Part shown: positions 55,921 to 64,000 of the stretch, piece by piece
Numbering within the stretch: the stretch's first letter is position 1
Layout of the letters: each line of letters opens with the position of its first letter
Origin: Fidelibacterota bacterium
Lineage (GTDB): Bacteria; Fidelibacterota; Marinisomatia; Marinisomatales; UBA1611
DNA length: 64,000 nt
Assembly (NCBI GenBank): GCA_028101095.1
Contig: JAOHKG010000002.1
Location: 7,916 to 71,915, forward strand
Direction of reading: 5' to 3'
The notes under the pieces: generated by a model
Told to the model about the DNA's origin: nothing
Databases searched by the model: none
What the model saw: only the letters and a program-made list of their open reading frames with translations
Translations under genes and position numbers: made by a program

Positions 55921-58128
55921 TTGTTTAATCGCACAGAGATTATAGATAAGAACTTTACTTTTAGAGTGAGTTCTGGTGAGTTTCCAAAATCTCATTTAAA
56001 CTATAAGTTTGATTATTTGGATGTTAATAAACACAAATTAATCCAAATTTTCGAATCACAGGTTTCCAGTCGTCACATAGATATAAAAGCTCGTTTATTA
56101 AAAGACAAAGGAAGATGTTTTTATACTATTGGTAGTTCGGGTCATGAAGGTAATGCAGTATTTGGAAATATATTCCCATATACAGATATGGCATTTTTGC
56201 ATTACAGAAGTGGACCTTTTTTTATAGAAAGATCAAAACAAATAAACAAAACTACCCCTATATATGATTTGGCTTTATCTTTTATGGCTTCTTCAGATGA
56301 TCCTATTAGTGGAGGGCGTCATAAAGTCTTTGGAAGTAAGGACTTAAATATTCCCCCTCAAACAAGCACTATAGCCAGTCACCTACCGAAAGCGGTAGGT
56401 GCTGCATTTTCAATCGATAGAAGTGTTAATCTGGACTTAGTAGAAAAGAAATTAGAACACAATAGCATAGTCCTATGTAGTTTTGGTGATGCAAGTTCAA
56501 ATCATGCATCGGCTTTAAGTGCAATAAATACAGCTTCATGGATAAGAGCTAAAGGAGGCCATGTTCCAATTATCTTTATTTGTGAAGATAATGGTCTTGG
56601 TATTTCAGTAAAGACAGAAGAGCATTGGATACAGCAAAATTTTTCAAATAGACCATATTTAAACTATATTAGCGTCGATGGATTAAACTTATTTGACCTA
56701 ATCAAAAAGTCAAAAAAAGCTGAAAAAATTTCAAGATTGGAGAGAAAACCTGTTTTTTTACATATGAAGACTGTTCGATTAATGGGTCATGCAGGATCAG
56801 ATGTAGAATCTGGATATCAAACTTTGAAACAAATTGAAGATGCCGAGTTTAATGATCCTCTATTACATTCAGCTAGAATACTCATCGAAAATAAGTTACT
56901 GGATAAAGAAAGTATCTTAAATATTTACGAAAATACTCGTAACCAAGTTAAGCATGTTTTTAACTATTCTATAAATAGACCAAAATTAGAAACTGCGGCC
57001 CAAGTAATGACTTCGATCACTCAGAATAAAAATCCATATTCAATACCTAAAAAACCTAGTGAAGAAATTCGAAGTCAAATATTTGGTAAAGAATATCGTA
57101 GAATAGATATGCCACAACATATGGCTAAATTAATTAATTATGCATTATGTGATCTTTTGTTGCGTTATCCTAACACATTGATCTTTGGAGAAGATGTGGC
57201 TAAAAAAGGAGGTGTCTATCACGTAACTGCAGATTTACATAAAAAATTCGGCTCTCGACGAGTATTTGATAGTCCCTTAGATGAAACTTCTATAATAGGG
57301 TTTGGAATAGGATTTGGGCATAACGGATTTATTCCTATACCCGAAATTCAGTTTTTAGCATATTTTCATAATGCGGAAGATCAGCTAAGAGGAGAGGCTG
57401 CAACACTAGCATTTTTTTCTGAAGGACAATTTTCAAATCCAATGGTACTACGTATACCAGGGCTTGCGTATCAAAAAGGTTTTGGTGGACATTTTCATAA
57501 TGATAATTCATTAACTATTTTTAGAGATATGCCAGGAGTCATTCTTGCTGTTCCTTCTAATGGTTTAGATGCGGTAAAAATGTTGAGGTCTGCTGTAAGA
57601 GAAGCTTCAATAAGTGGGAGAGTTATAGTTTTTATTGAACCGATTGCTTTGTATATGATAAAGGATCTACACACTGAAAAAGATGGTAAATGGAGCTTTA
57701 ATTATCCGAATCAAGATGAAGAAATATCGATAGGTAAATTCAAATCTTATGGTTCAGGGAATGCATTGATAATAATAACTTATGGGAATGGTTTATATTT
57801 ATCGCTTCAAGCAAAAAAAATTATTGAGAAAAAAACAAAAAAAAGTATAAAAGTTGTTGACCTGAGATGGCTTTCTGATATTAATTACGTGGCACTAGTT
57901 AATGAAATAAATTCTTGTAAGAAAATCTTAATTGTAGATGAGTGCAGAAAAATTGGTTGCCATGGTGAAGGTGTCTTTTATGAATTGAGTAAGAAATTAA
58001 CATCTAAAGTTAAAATTAAGTTACACGCAGCAAAAAATAGTTATATATCATTAGGAGTAGCTGCAACCGCAACATTACCAAGCAAAGAATCAATATCTAA
58101 AAAGGGTATTGAGTTTATTAATGAGTAA
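55921..58128 (+). CDS. Fused 2-oxoacid dehydrogenase E1 component (alpha + beta halves, TPP-dependent)
   Basis: 735 aa, TTG start. GSSGHEGNAV and GDASSNHASALSAINTASW in the TPP-binding half. The E1-beta/transketolase-like half has FGEDVAKKGGVYHVT and SPLDETSIIGFGIG. Confidence 0.8.
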   Translation: MFNRTEIIDKNFTFRVSSGEFPKSHLNYKFDYLDVNKHKLIQIFESQVSSRHIDIKARLLKDKGRCFYTIGSSGHEGNAVFGNIFPYTDMAFLHYRSGPFFIERSKQINKTTPIYDLALSFMASSDDPISGGRHKVFGSKDLNIPPQTSTIASHLPKAVGAAFSIDRSVNLDLVEKKLEHNSIVLCSFGDASSNHASALSAINTASWIRAKGGHVPIIFICEDNGLGISVKTEEHWIQQNFSNRPYLNYISVDGLNLFDLIKKSKKAEKISRLERKPVFLHMKTVRLMGHAGSDVESGYQTLKQIEDAEFNDPLLHSARILIENKLLDKESILNIYENTRNQVKHVFNYSINRPKLETAAQVMTSITQNKNPYSIPKKPSEEIRSQIFGKEYRRIDMPQHMAKLINYALCDLLLRYPNTLIFGEDVAKKGGVYHVTADLHKKFGSRRVFDSPLDETSIIGFGIGFGHNGFIPIPEIQFLAYFHNAEDQLRGEAATLAFFSEGQFSNPMVLRIPGLAYQKGFGGHFHNDNSLTIFRDMPGVILAVPSNGLDAVKMLRSAVREASISGRVIVFIEPIALYMIKDLHTEKDGKWSFNYPNQDEEISIGKFKSYGSGNALIIITYGNGLYLSLQAKKIIEKKTKKSIKVVDLRWLSDINYVALVNEINSCKKILIVDECRKIGCHGEGVFYELSKKLTSKVKIKLHAAKNSYISLGVAATATLPSKESISKKGIEFINE

Positions 58129-59134
58129 GAAAAGAATTATTGTTGTTTCTCCAGGTCGTGGTACATATACAAGAGAAACCTCAGGTTATTTAAAAAGCTG
58201 TAATGCTCTTGCTAAATATCACATTAGTTGGATGGATGAGATGAGGCTAAAAAAAGGATATAAAACTCTAACAGAGCTTGATAATTCGATTTTTAAAACT
58301 AACATTCATATGCGTGGAGAAAATGCATCAACTCTTATTTATGGATGCAGTATTTCAGACTTCTTATCTATTGATCAATCAAAGTATCAAATTGTTGGTG
58401 TTGCGGGAAATTCCATGGGTTGGTATACTGCTCTTGCTTTAAGTGGTGCTGTTACAATAGAAAATAGTTATAGAATAATCCATCAAATGGGTGCGATGAT
58501 GGAAAAAGAAATTATTGGTGGGCAAATAATTTATCCATTCATGAATAAAGATTGGAGCCTAGATAAATTAAAAAAAATAGAGATTTTAAAGAAAATTGAA
58601 GAAGTCAGTGCACATGTTTCGATAAATCTAGGAGGTTATCTCGTGATTGGGGGTAGTCAGAATTCGTTAAACAAATTACTTAAGGAACTTCCAAAAATAG
58701 AGAAATTTCCATTTCAGATTCCATTTCATGCTGCATTTCATACTCCATTGATGAAAGAAGTTTCCAAGAGAGCCTTTAAACAAATATCTGTTTCTTTCTT
58801 CAATAAACCAAAAATTCCTCTTATCGATGGGAGAGGTCATATTTGGTCACCTTTTAGTACAAATGAAAAAGAGCTTCAAGATTATACTCTAGAGGATCAA
58901 GTATTGAATACTTTTGATTTCACAAGGACTCTCGAAGTTGCACTTAAGGAATACTGTCCAGATCATATAGTTTTACTCGGGCCAGGAAATACATTAGGTG
59001 GATCAATTGGGCAAATAATGATTAAAAATGATTGGCTTAAAATTAATTCAAAAGATAGTTTTATTAAATTTCAAAAAAAAGACCCTTATCTTATTTCAAT
59101 GGGTGAACCTTCACAAAGGAGCTATTTATTCTAG
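58121..59134 (+). CDS. Malonyl-CoA:ACP transacylase-like acyltransferase
   Basis: VVSPGRGTY, nucleophile elbow GNSMGWYTA, and FHAAFHTPLM. ATG 58121 overlaps the E1 stop (ATGAGTAA); the track starts at TTG 58109. Confidence 0.7.
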   Translation: MSKKRIIVVSPGRGTYTRETSGYLKSCNALAKYHISWMDEMRLKKGYKTLTELDNSIFKTNIHMRGENASTLIYGCSISDFLSIDQSKYQIVGVAGNSMGWYTALALSGAVTIENSYRIIHQMGAMMEKEIIGGQIIYPFMNKDWSLDKLKKIEILKKIEEVSAHVSINLGGYLVIGGSQNSLNKLLKELPKIEKFPFQIPFHAAFHTPLMKEVSKRAFKQISVSFFNKPKIPLIDGRGHIWSPFSTNEKELQDYTLEDQVLNTFDFTRTLEVALKEYCPDHIVLLGPGNTLGGSIGQIMIKNDWLKINSKDSFIKFQKKDPYLISMGEPSQRSYLF

Positions 59135-60255
59135 AGGGTAAAAACATAGAAGTACTTGATTCTACATTAAGAGAGGGCGAGCAGACACCAGGAGTTTTTT
59201 TTACTATTGATCAAAAATTAAGCCTTGCAAAAAAATTAGATTTATTTGGGATTGATTTTATAGAGATAGGTCATCCTGCAGTAGCGCCAGACATTTATGA
59301 AGCTGTTGAAGCCCTTAACTCACTTGAACTTAAAGCAAAAAAAATAGTCCATGGCAGAAGCTCAAAATCAGACATAAATGACGCTAGAGTTTTAGGAGTT
59401 GAATGGATCGGAATATTTTATGGTACTTCACCATTAAGTCGGAAATATAAATTTAATGTAAACAAGGTAACGTGCCTTAGTCAGATTGAAAAAGCTATTA
59501 AATATGCTAAAGACCAGGGTTTAAAATTAAGATTTACTGCTGAAGATGCAAGTCGAACAGAAGAAAGCTTTCTAATTAAGGTGGCTACTTTAGCTCAAAA
59601 GTCAGGTGCAGATAGATTTAGCTTTGCTGATACAGTTGGCTGTTTGACTCCATCAAAAAGTAAAAGAATTATTTCAAAAATTGTACGTGAAATTGATATT
59701 CCAGTTCATGTTCATTTTCATAATGATTTTGGAATGGGAACAGCAAATTCGCTTTCAGCTTTAGAGGGAGGAGCTCAATGCGTTGATTTAACTATAAATG
59801 GGCTTGGTGAAAGATGTGGCCTCGCACCTCTTGCAGAAGTTATCACCGCTTTAGTCAGCATATATAGCAGAAGAAAAGATTGCTGGAACTTAGAACTGAT
59901 ACCTACCTTAACAGATCTTGTAAATAAAATATGTAACTTTAATTCAAAAGTTAACCAGCCAATAATTGGTGAAAATGCATTCACACATAAAGCTGGAATT
60001 CATTCAAAAGGGATTTTAAAAAATCCTGTGACATATGAAGCTTTTTCACCACAAATAGTTAAAAGAGATAGAAAGATTTTGATCAATAAATTTTCTGGTG
60101 TATCTACCCTTGAAGGTAAATTGAAAAGTCTCAACTTAAAATTAACAAAAAAGGAATTAGGTCGAGCAATAACTAAAATAAAGTCTTTCAAGACTAAAAA
60201 TGATTGGTCTGAAAAAGAACTTCACCTACTTGTTGAGAATATTAAAGAGAGTTAA
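59128..60255 (+). CDS. Homocitrate/citramalate/isopropylmalate synthase-like (HMGL-like, short form); proposed ATT start
   Basis: The frame is open from 59107 and encodes EVLDSTLREGEQTPGV...IEIGHPA upstream of the track start GTG 59581. HFHNDFGMGTAN lies downstream. AAGGAG (59116-59121) sits 6 nt before ATT 59128. Confidence 0.6.
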   Translation: MLEGKNIEVLDSTLREGEQTPGVFFTIDQKLSLAKKLDLFGIDFIEIGHPAVAPDIYEAVEALNSLELKAKKIVHGRSSKSDINDARVLGVEWIGIFYGTSPLSRKYKFNVNKVTCLSQIEKAIKYAKDQGLKLRFTAEDASRTEESFLIKVATLAQKSGADRFSFADTVGCLTPSKSKRIISKIVREIDIPVHVHFHNDFGMGTANSLSALEGGAQCVDLTINGLGERCGLAPLAEVITALVSIYSRRKDCWNLELIPTLTDLVNKICNFNSKVNQPIIGENAFTHKAGIHSKGILKNPVTYEAFSPQIVKRDRKILINKFSGVSTLEGKLKSLNLKLTKKELGRAITKIKSFKTKNDWSEKELHLLVENIKES

Positions 60256-60664
60256 AATTTTCTATTTGCTCTATAGCTGCTAACCCAACTTCGTAACCTT
60301 TATTTCCTCGATTATCTAAAGATCTTGAAAGAGCTAACTCCTTATTCTGACAAGTCAGAACCCCAAAAAGGATTGGTAGAGTGTTCATAATGGTAACATC
60401 CATCATACCTTTTGAAACGGCTTCGCAAATAAAATTATAGTGATCTGTTTCTCCTTTTATTACGCAACCAAGTGAAATAATAGCATCAAGACTATTTTTC
60501 TTTGCTAATATGTTTACGAGAGCAGGAATCTCAAATGCTCCAGGAACCCTATAAATCTGGATTTCTTTTTTCTCGATTCCTTTTTCTGACAGTGCTTTAA
60601 GGCAACCATCCAATAGACCTTTTGTTACAGGTTTATTAAAAGTGCTGATAACTATTCCAATCAT
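60242..60664 (-). CDS. ribH: 6,7-dimethyl-8-ribityllumazine synthase
   Basis: 140 aa. VPGAFEIP and LGCVIKGETDHY motifs. Last gene of the rib operon. Confidence 0.9.
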   Translation of the reverse strand: MIGIVISTFNKPVTKGLLDGCLKALSEKGIEKKEIQIYRVPGAFEIPALVNILAKKNSLDAIISLGCVIKGETDHYNFICEAVSKGMMDVTIMNTLPILFGVLTCQNKELALSRSLDNRGNKGYEVGLAAIEQIENFNSL

Positions 60665-61860
60665 GAGTCTAACAAATGTCCCAGTTTATTTTTTTTTGTA
60701 TTAAGATAGTTTTTATTATTTTCACCTGCTTTAACCTCTATTGGTTCTCGATTGACTATTTCTAAACCATGGCCTTTTAAACCAATTAATTTTTTTGGAT
60801 TATTTGTCAAAACTGTAATTTTAGTAGCTCCGAGGTCTTTAAGAATTTGTGCTCCTACTCCATAATCCCGTAAATCTGGTTTGAAGCCAAGTTTTTCATT
60901 TGCCTCAACAGTATCAAGTCCTTCTTCTTGTAACTTATATGCTTTAATTTTATGCTTTAACCCAATCCCCCGTCCTTCTTGTTTAAGATAAACAATAATC
61001 CCTGACCCATTACTATTAATTGCAGTCATTGCAGCATTTAATTGCTCTCCACAGTCACATCGAAGTGAATGAAAAACATCTCCAGTTAAACATTCTGAAT
61101 GCATCCTAACCAGAACTGAATCAGCAGATAAGTAATCCCCTTTTGTTAAAGCAAGATGGGAGTGACTATCAAAAATATCTTCATAAAGATGTAATTTGAA
61201 ATCGCCCATTTTAGTTGGAAGTTTTATTTCCTCTACTTTTTCAACAAGTTTTTGCTTTTTCCTGCGAAAGTGAATAAGGTCGTCAATTGAAATAATTTTT
61301 AAATTATGTTTTTCAGAAAATTTTTGTAAAGATTCGCCGCGGGACATAGATCCGTCATCATCCATTATTTCACAAATAACTCCGCTTGGTTTGAGACCGG
61401 ACAATATAGATAAGTCAATACTTGCTTCAGTATGCCCGGCTCTCCTCAATACTCCACCATCTTTTCCAACAATTGGGAAAAGATGACCAGGTCTTGCTAG
61501 ATCTTTTGCTTTTGATTTATTATGTAATAAAACTCGAATAGTTTCTGATCTGTCGAAAGCGGAGATACCAGTTGTCGTATTATTTTTAGCATCAACACTT
61601 ACTGTAAAATTAGTTTCATGTAAGCTAGTATTCTTATTCTGAACTATTTCTAGATCTAACTCTAAGGCTCTCTCTTTAGTTAAAGATACACAAATTAAGC
61701 CCCGACCCTCTTTTGCCATAAAATTAATTTTTTCAGGTGTTACTAATTCAGAAGCCATTACTAAGTCTCCTTCATTTTCTCGATCTTTACTATCAACAAC
61801 AATAATTTGTTTACCGTTTCTTATATCTTCAACCGCCGATTCTATAGTACTGAACTTCAT
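60661..61860 (-). CDS. ribBA: Bifunctional 3,4-dihydroxy-2-butanone-4-phosphate synthase / GTP cyclohydrolase II
   Basis: DRENEGDLV and GHTEA in the DHBP synthase half. CLTGDVFHSLRCDCG zinc site in the cyclohydrolase half. Confidence 0.92.
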   Translation of the reverse strand: MKFSTIESAVEDIRNGKQIIVVDSKDRENEGDLVMASELVTPEKINFMAKEGRGLICVSLTKERALELDLEIVQNKNTSLHETNFTVSVDAKNNTTTGISAFDRSETIRVLLHNKSKAKDLARPGHLFPIVGKDGGVLRRAGHTEASIDLSILSGLKPSGVICEIMDDDGSMSRGESLQKFSEKHNLKIISIDDLIHFRRKKQKLVEKVEEIKLPTKMGDFKLHLYEDIFDSHSHLALTKGDYLSADSVLVRMHSECLTGDVFHSLRCDCGEQLNAAMTAINSNGSGIIVYLKQEGRGIGLKHKIKAYKLQEEGLDTVEANEKLGFKPDLRDYGVGAQILKDLGATKITVLTNNPKKLIGLKGHGLEIVNREPIEVKAGENNKNYLNTKKNKLGHLLDS

Positions 61861-61861
61861 T

Positions 61862-62449
61862 TTAGACCCCTGTTAAACTTTCTAAGTATTTACCTAGAAT
61901 ATCTACTTCAACATTTATAGTATCATTAATTTTTTTATTACTCCAACTTGTGACTTCTAAAGTGTGCGGAATGAGTGCTACTGAAAAATCAGTTTCTGTT
62001 TTATCTGCGATTGTTAAGCTTATTCCATCTAAGCAGATAGACCCTTTCTTAACTAAATATCTTTTTATATCCTTTTTTAACTCAAATCTCCATACTGCTG
62101 ATTTATCATCAAATGTCATATCCTTAATTTTTACTACTGTATCGATATGACCCTGTACAATATGGCCGCCCATTCTCGATGTAGGTAATAATGCTCTTTC
62201 TAAATTGATAGAATAGCCAGGAACCCAATTTTTTGCATTTGTTTTTTTTAAAGTCTCTTGTACAAGCTGTACTTTAAAGGACTTTTTTTCTAACATAGTA
62301 ACGGTAAGGCATATTCCTGAGCATGATATACTATCATTAACTTTTAAATCTGATAAAACCAGAGATGCATCTATTTCAATCTCCAACCCATCTAGGTTAG
62401 TTAGGATTTCTCTGATGACACCAACTTCTTCAATTATTCCTGTAAACAT
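61862..62449 (-). CDS. ribE: Riboflavin synthase alpha chain
   Basis: MFTGIIEEVG start and an internal duplication with GHIVQGHID. Confidence 0.9.
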   Translation of the reverse strand: MFTGIIEEVGVIREILTNLDGLEIEIDASLVLSDLKVNDSISCSGICLTVTMLEKKSFKVQLVQETLKKTNAKNWVPGYSINLERALLPTSRMGGHIVQGHIDTVVKIKDMTFDDKSAVWRFELKKDIKRYLVKKGSICLDGISLTIADKTETDFSVALIPHTLEVTSWSNKKINDTINVEVDILGKYLESLTGV

Positions 62450-63461
62450 GTTCCTTCTTCAAGTATGTAATCTTAATATCATTATCAAATTGTTCTATTT
62501 TATCTAAATGCAGATCTAATGTATCATTTATTTTCTTTAAGCCATCATAAAGCGGTTTCCCACTAGCCGTTAATTTTGGTGCATAATATATGTGCAATTC
62601 ATCAAATAGATTAGTATCTATGAAACGAGATAGTGTTTTACCTCCGCCTTCAACAAACAAAGATTGAAAAGACATATCAAAAAGTTTTTTTAGAATAATT
62701 TCAATGTTTTTAGAATGATTAAGGCTTAAAATATCATTTGAAAATACAATTGGATTATGCTTAAAAACATTTGCTTTATTATCTAATTTATTTTTTAAAT
62801 CTATCAAAATAATTTTAGGGTCTTTTTTTCCAAGTCCATGGCTAGTTAAGGAAGGGTTATCATTAATAATTGTATTGGTCCCAACCATAATCGCATCGCA
62901 ATTAGCCCTCATTTGGTAGCTTGAAGACCTTGATTTTTCATTAGTTATCCACTTTGATTGACCATCTTTTTCAGCAATAAAACCATTGAGCGTTGAGGCT
63001 ATTTTTAAAATAACATATGGTCTTTTTTTCTCATAAAATGTAAAAAAGCGTTTATTTATTTTTTTTGCATTTTGAGAACACACTCCTTCAGTGATAGAGA
63101 TCCCTTTTTCGGATATCAGTTTTGCGCCACCGCCTGCTTTAGGATTGATTTCTAAATTAGCAATAACTACTCTTTTAAATATCTTATTGTCAATTAAATC
63201 TGTGCAAGCACCGGTTTTCCCTTTATGGGCGCAAGGTTCTAACGTTACAAAAAGAGTACAGTTTTTATATTTCTTATTCAGGTTTTTTATTGCTACAACT
63301 TCTGCATGATCACCTCCATACTCTTGAGTATGACCTCTTGAAATAATTTCTCCATTAAAAACAATTATCGCACCAACTTTAGGGTTTGGATATACCTCAG
63401 GTCCTGCTTTTTCTGCTTCTAAAAGAGCAGCGCTCATATATTTCTCATCATTTTCATACAT
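62430..63461 (-). CDS. ribD: Bifunctional diaminohydroxyphosphoribosylaminopyrimidine deaminase / 5-amino-6-(5-phosphoribosylamino)uracil reductase
   Basis: HAEVVAI ... TLEPCAHKGKTGAC deaminase zinc motif, plus a C-terminal reductase domain. Confidence 0.9.
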   Translation of the reverse strand: MYENDEKYMSAALLEAEKAGPEVYPNPKVGAIIVFNGEIISRGHTQEYGGDHAEVVAIKNLNKKYKNCTLFVTLEPCAHKGKTGACTDLIDNKIFKRVVIANLEINPKAGGGAKLISEKGISITEGVCSQNAKKINKRFFTFYEKKRPYVILKIASTLNGFIAEKDGQSKWITNEKSRSSSYQMRANCDAIMVGTNTIINDNPSLTSHGLGKKDPKIILIDLKNKLDNKANVFKHNPIVFSNDILSLNHSKNIEIILKKLFDMSFQSLFVEGGGKTLSRFIDTNLFDELHIYYAPKLTASGKPLYDGLKKINDTLDLHLDKIEQFDNDIKITYLKKEHVYRNN

Positions 63462-63540
63462 TTTTTTGCCTTGAAATGAATAAACGTTGATTTTTCAACT
63501 ACATTTTGGTCTTAATATTAACAAATAAATTTGGACAATT

Positions 63541-64000
63541 ATGAAAGCTTACGGACCTGATTTTTACAATATTACAGATTTACTCTCATCTGAAGAATTA
63601 CTTGTACAGAAAACAGCATATGAATTTGTAAAAAATGAATTTATGCCAACTATCCAAGAGCATCATGATAAAGGAACCTTCCCATTTGAATTAATACCTA
63701 AATTAGGTGAGCTGGGGTTTATTGGGTCAGCCCTTCCTGAAGAATCTGGTGGTTCAGGTGTTAGTAATGTTGCTTATGGCTTAATTTTGCATGAATTAGA
63801 AAGAGGGGATACTGGACTTCGATCATTTGCGAGCGTTCAAGGTGCACTAGTAATGTACCCCATACACGAATATGGTTCGGTTGAACAAAAGAAAAAATGG
63901 CTAACGAGTTTAGGATCTGGAGAGAAGATAGGGTGTTTTGGATTAACTGAACCCAATTATGGCTCTAATCCTGGAGGTATGGTAACTAGGTGTGTGAAAG
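63541..64000 (+). CDS. Acyl-CoA dehydrogenase (glutaryl-CoA dehydrogenase-like), 5' part running off the window
   Basis: Not in the track because it is open-ended. ATG 63541 gives MKAYGPDFYNITDLLSSEE...RSFASVQGALVMYPIHEYGSVEQKKKWL...GCFGLTEPNYGSNP. Confidence 0.8.
   Translation, partial: MKAYGPDFYNITDLLSSEELLVQKTAYEFVKNEFMPTIQEHHDKGTFPFELIPKLGELGFIGSALPEESGGSGVSNVAYGLILHELERGDTGLRSFASVQGALVMYPIHEYGSVEQKKKWLTSLGSGEKIGCFGLTEPNYGSNPGGMVTRCVK

Noticed and set aside
59104-59134. Programmed -1 frameshift fusing the acyltransferase to the synthase.
   Set aside because: There is no X XXY YYZ slippery heptamer in the 28-nt overlap of open frames. An SD plus in-frame ATT explains the data more simply.
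61950-63309. The + strand ORFs 61950-62150 and 63091-63309 inside the rib operon.
   Set aside because: They lie opposite ribE and ribD, which have unambiguous signatures. Shadow ORFs.
63462-63540. Possible FMN riboswitch upstream of ribD.
   Set aside because: Only 79 nt are available and no conserved FMN-element sequence is visible. Recorded as a negative observation rather than a feature.
1-64000. Search for CRISPR arrays, tRNA/rRNA genes, transposases, integrases, phage genes and toxin-antitoxin or restriction-type defence genes.
   Set aside because: None recognised. The intergenic spacers are short, and the only repeated DNA elements are the 7-15-nt motifs reported above.

Overview
AT-rich bacterial chromosomal window, coded almost entirely on the + strand with very short or overlapping gene junctions. 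All family calls rest on by-eye motif recognition; no searches were run. The window has four blocks. (1) 334-27471 is a sigma-54-type MSHA/type IVa-like pilus locus. It encodes an atypical receiver protein, PilD, PilB/MshE, an NtrC-type activator, PilC, two pilins, minor pilins, a fused ExeA/MshM-PilM-PilN protein, PilO/PilP-like proteins and a short secretin. It runs without a break into a CHASE2 adenylate cyclase, a 1363-aa double FG-GAP propeller protein and a PorV-like barrel/transglutaminase/TPR fusion, and ends at a clean intrinsic terminator (27491-27520). (2) 27535-36540 holds envelope genes: nucleotidyltransferase, GT2, a C25 gingipain-like peptidase with a dockerin-like tail, a NicO-type metal transporter and a DUF5916-like protein. 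(3) 36520-53997 is a photoprotection/lipid-modification island. It has two CFA-synthase-family methyltransferases, an FAD oxidoreductase, DUF1365, a desaturase, DUF1295, several lipid-binding folds, GPx, a cryptochrome/photolyase-family protein, a class II CPD photolyase and a MerR/B12-like regulator. Its four promoter regions share a tandem 9-bp direct repeat. (4) 54023-64000 is mostly housekeeping: IMPase/CysQ, ThyX, a fused E1 alpha-beta dehydrogenase, an acyltransferase, a homocitrate/citramalate-synthase-like gene with no canonical start codon, ribD-ribE-ribBA-ribH on the - strand, and a partial glutaryl-CoA dehydrogenase. No rRNA, tRNA, CRISPR array or mobile element was seen.
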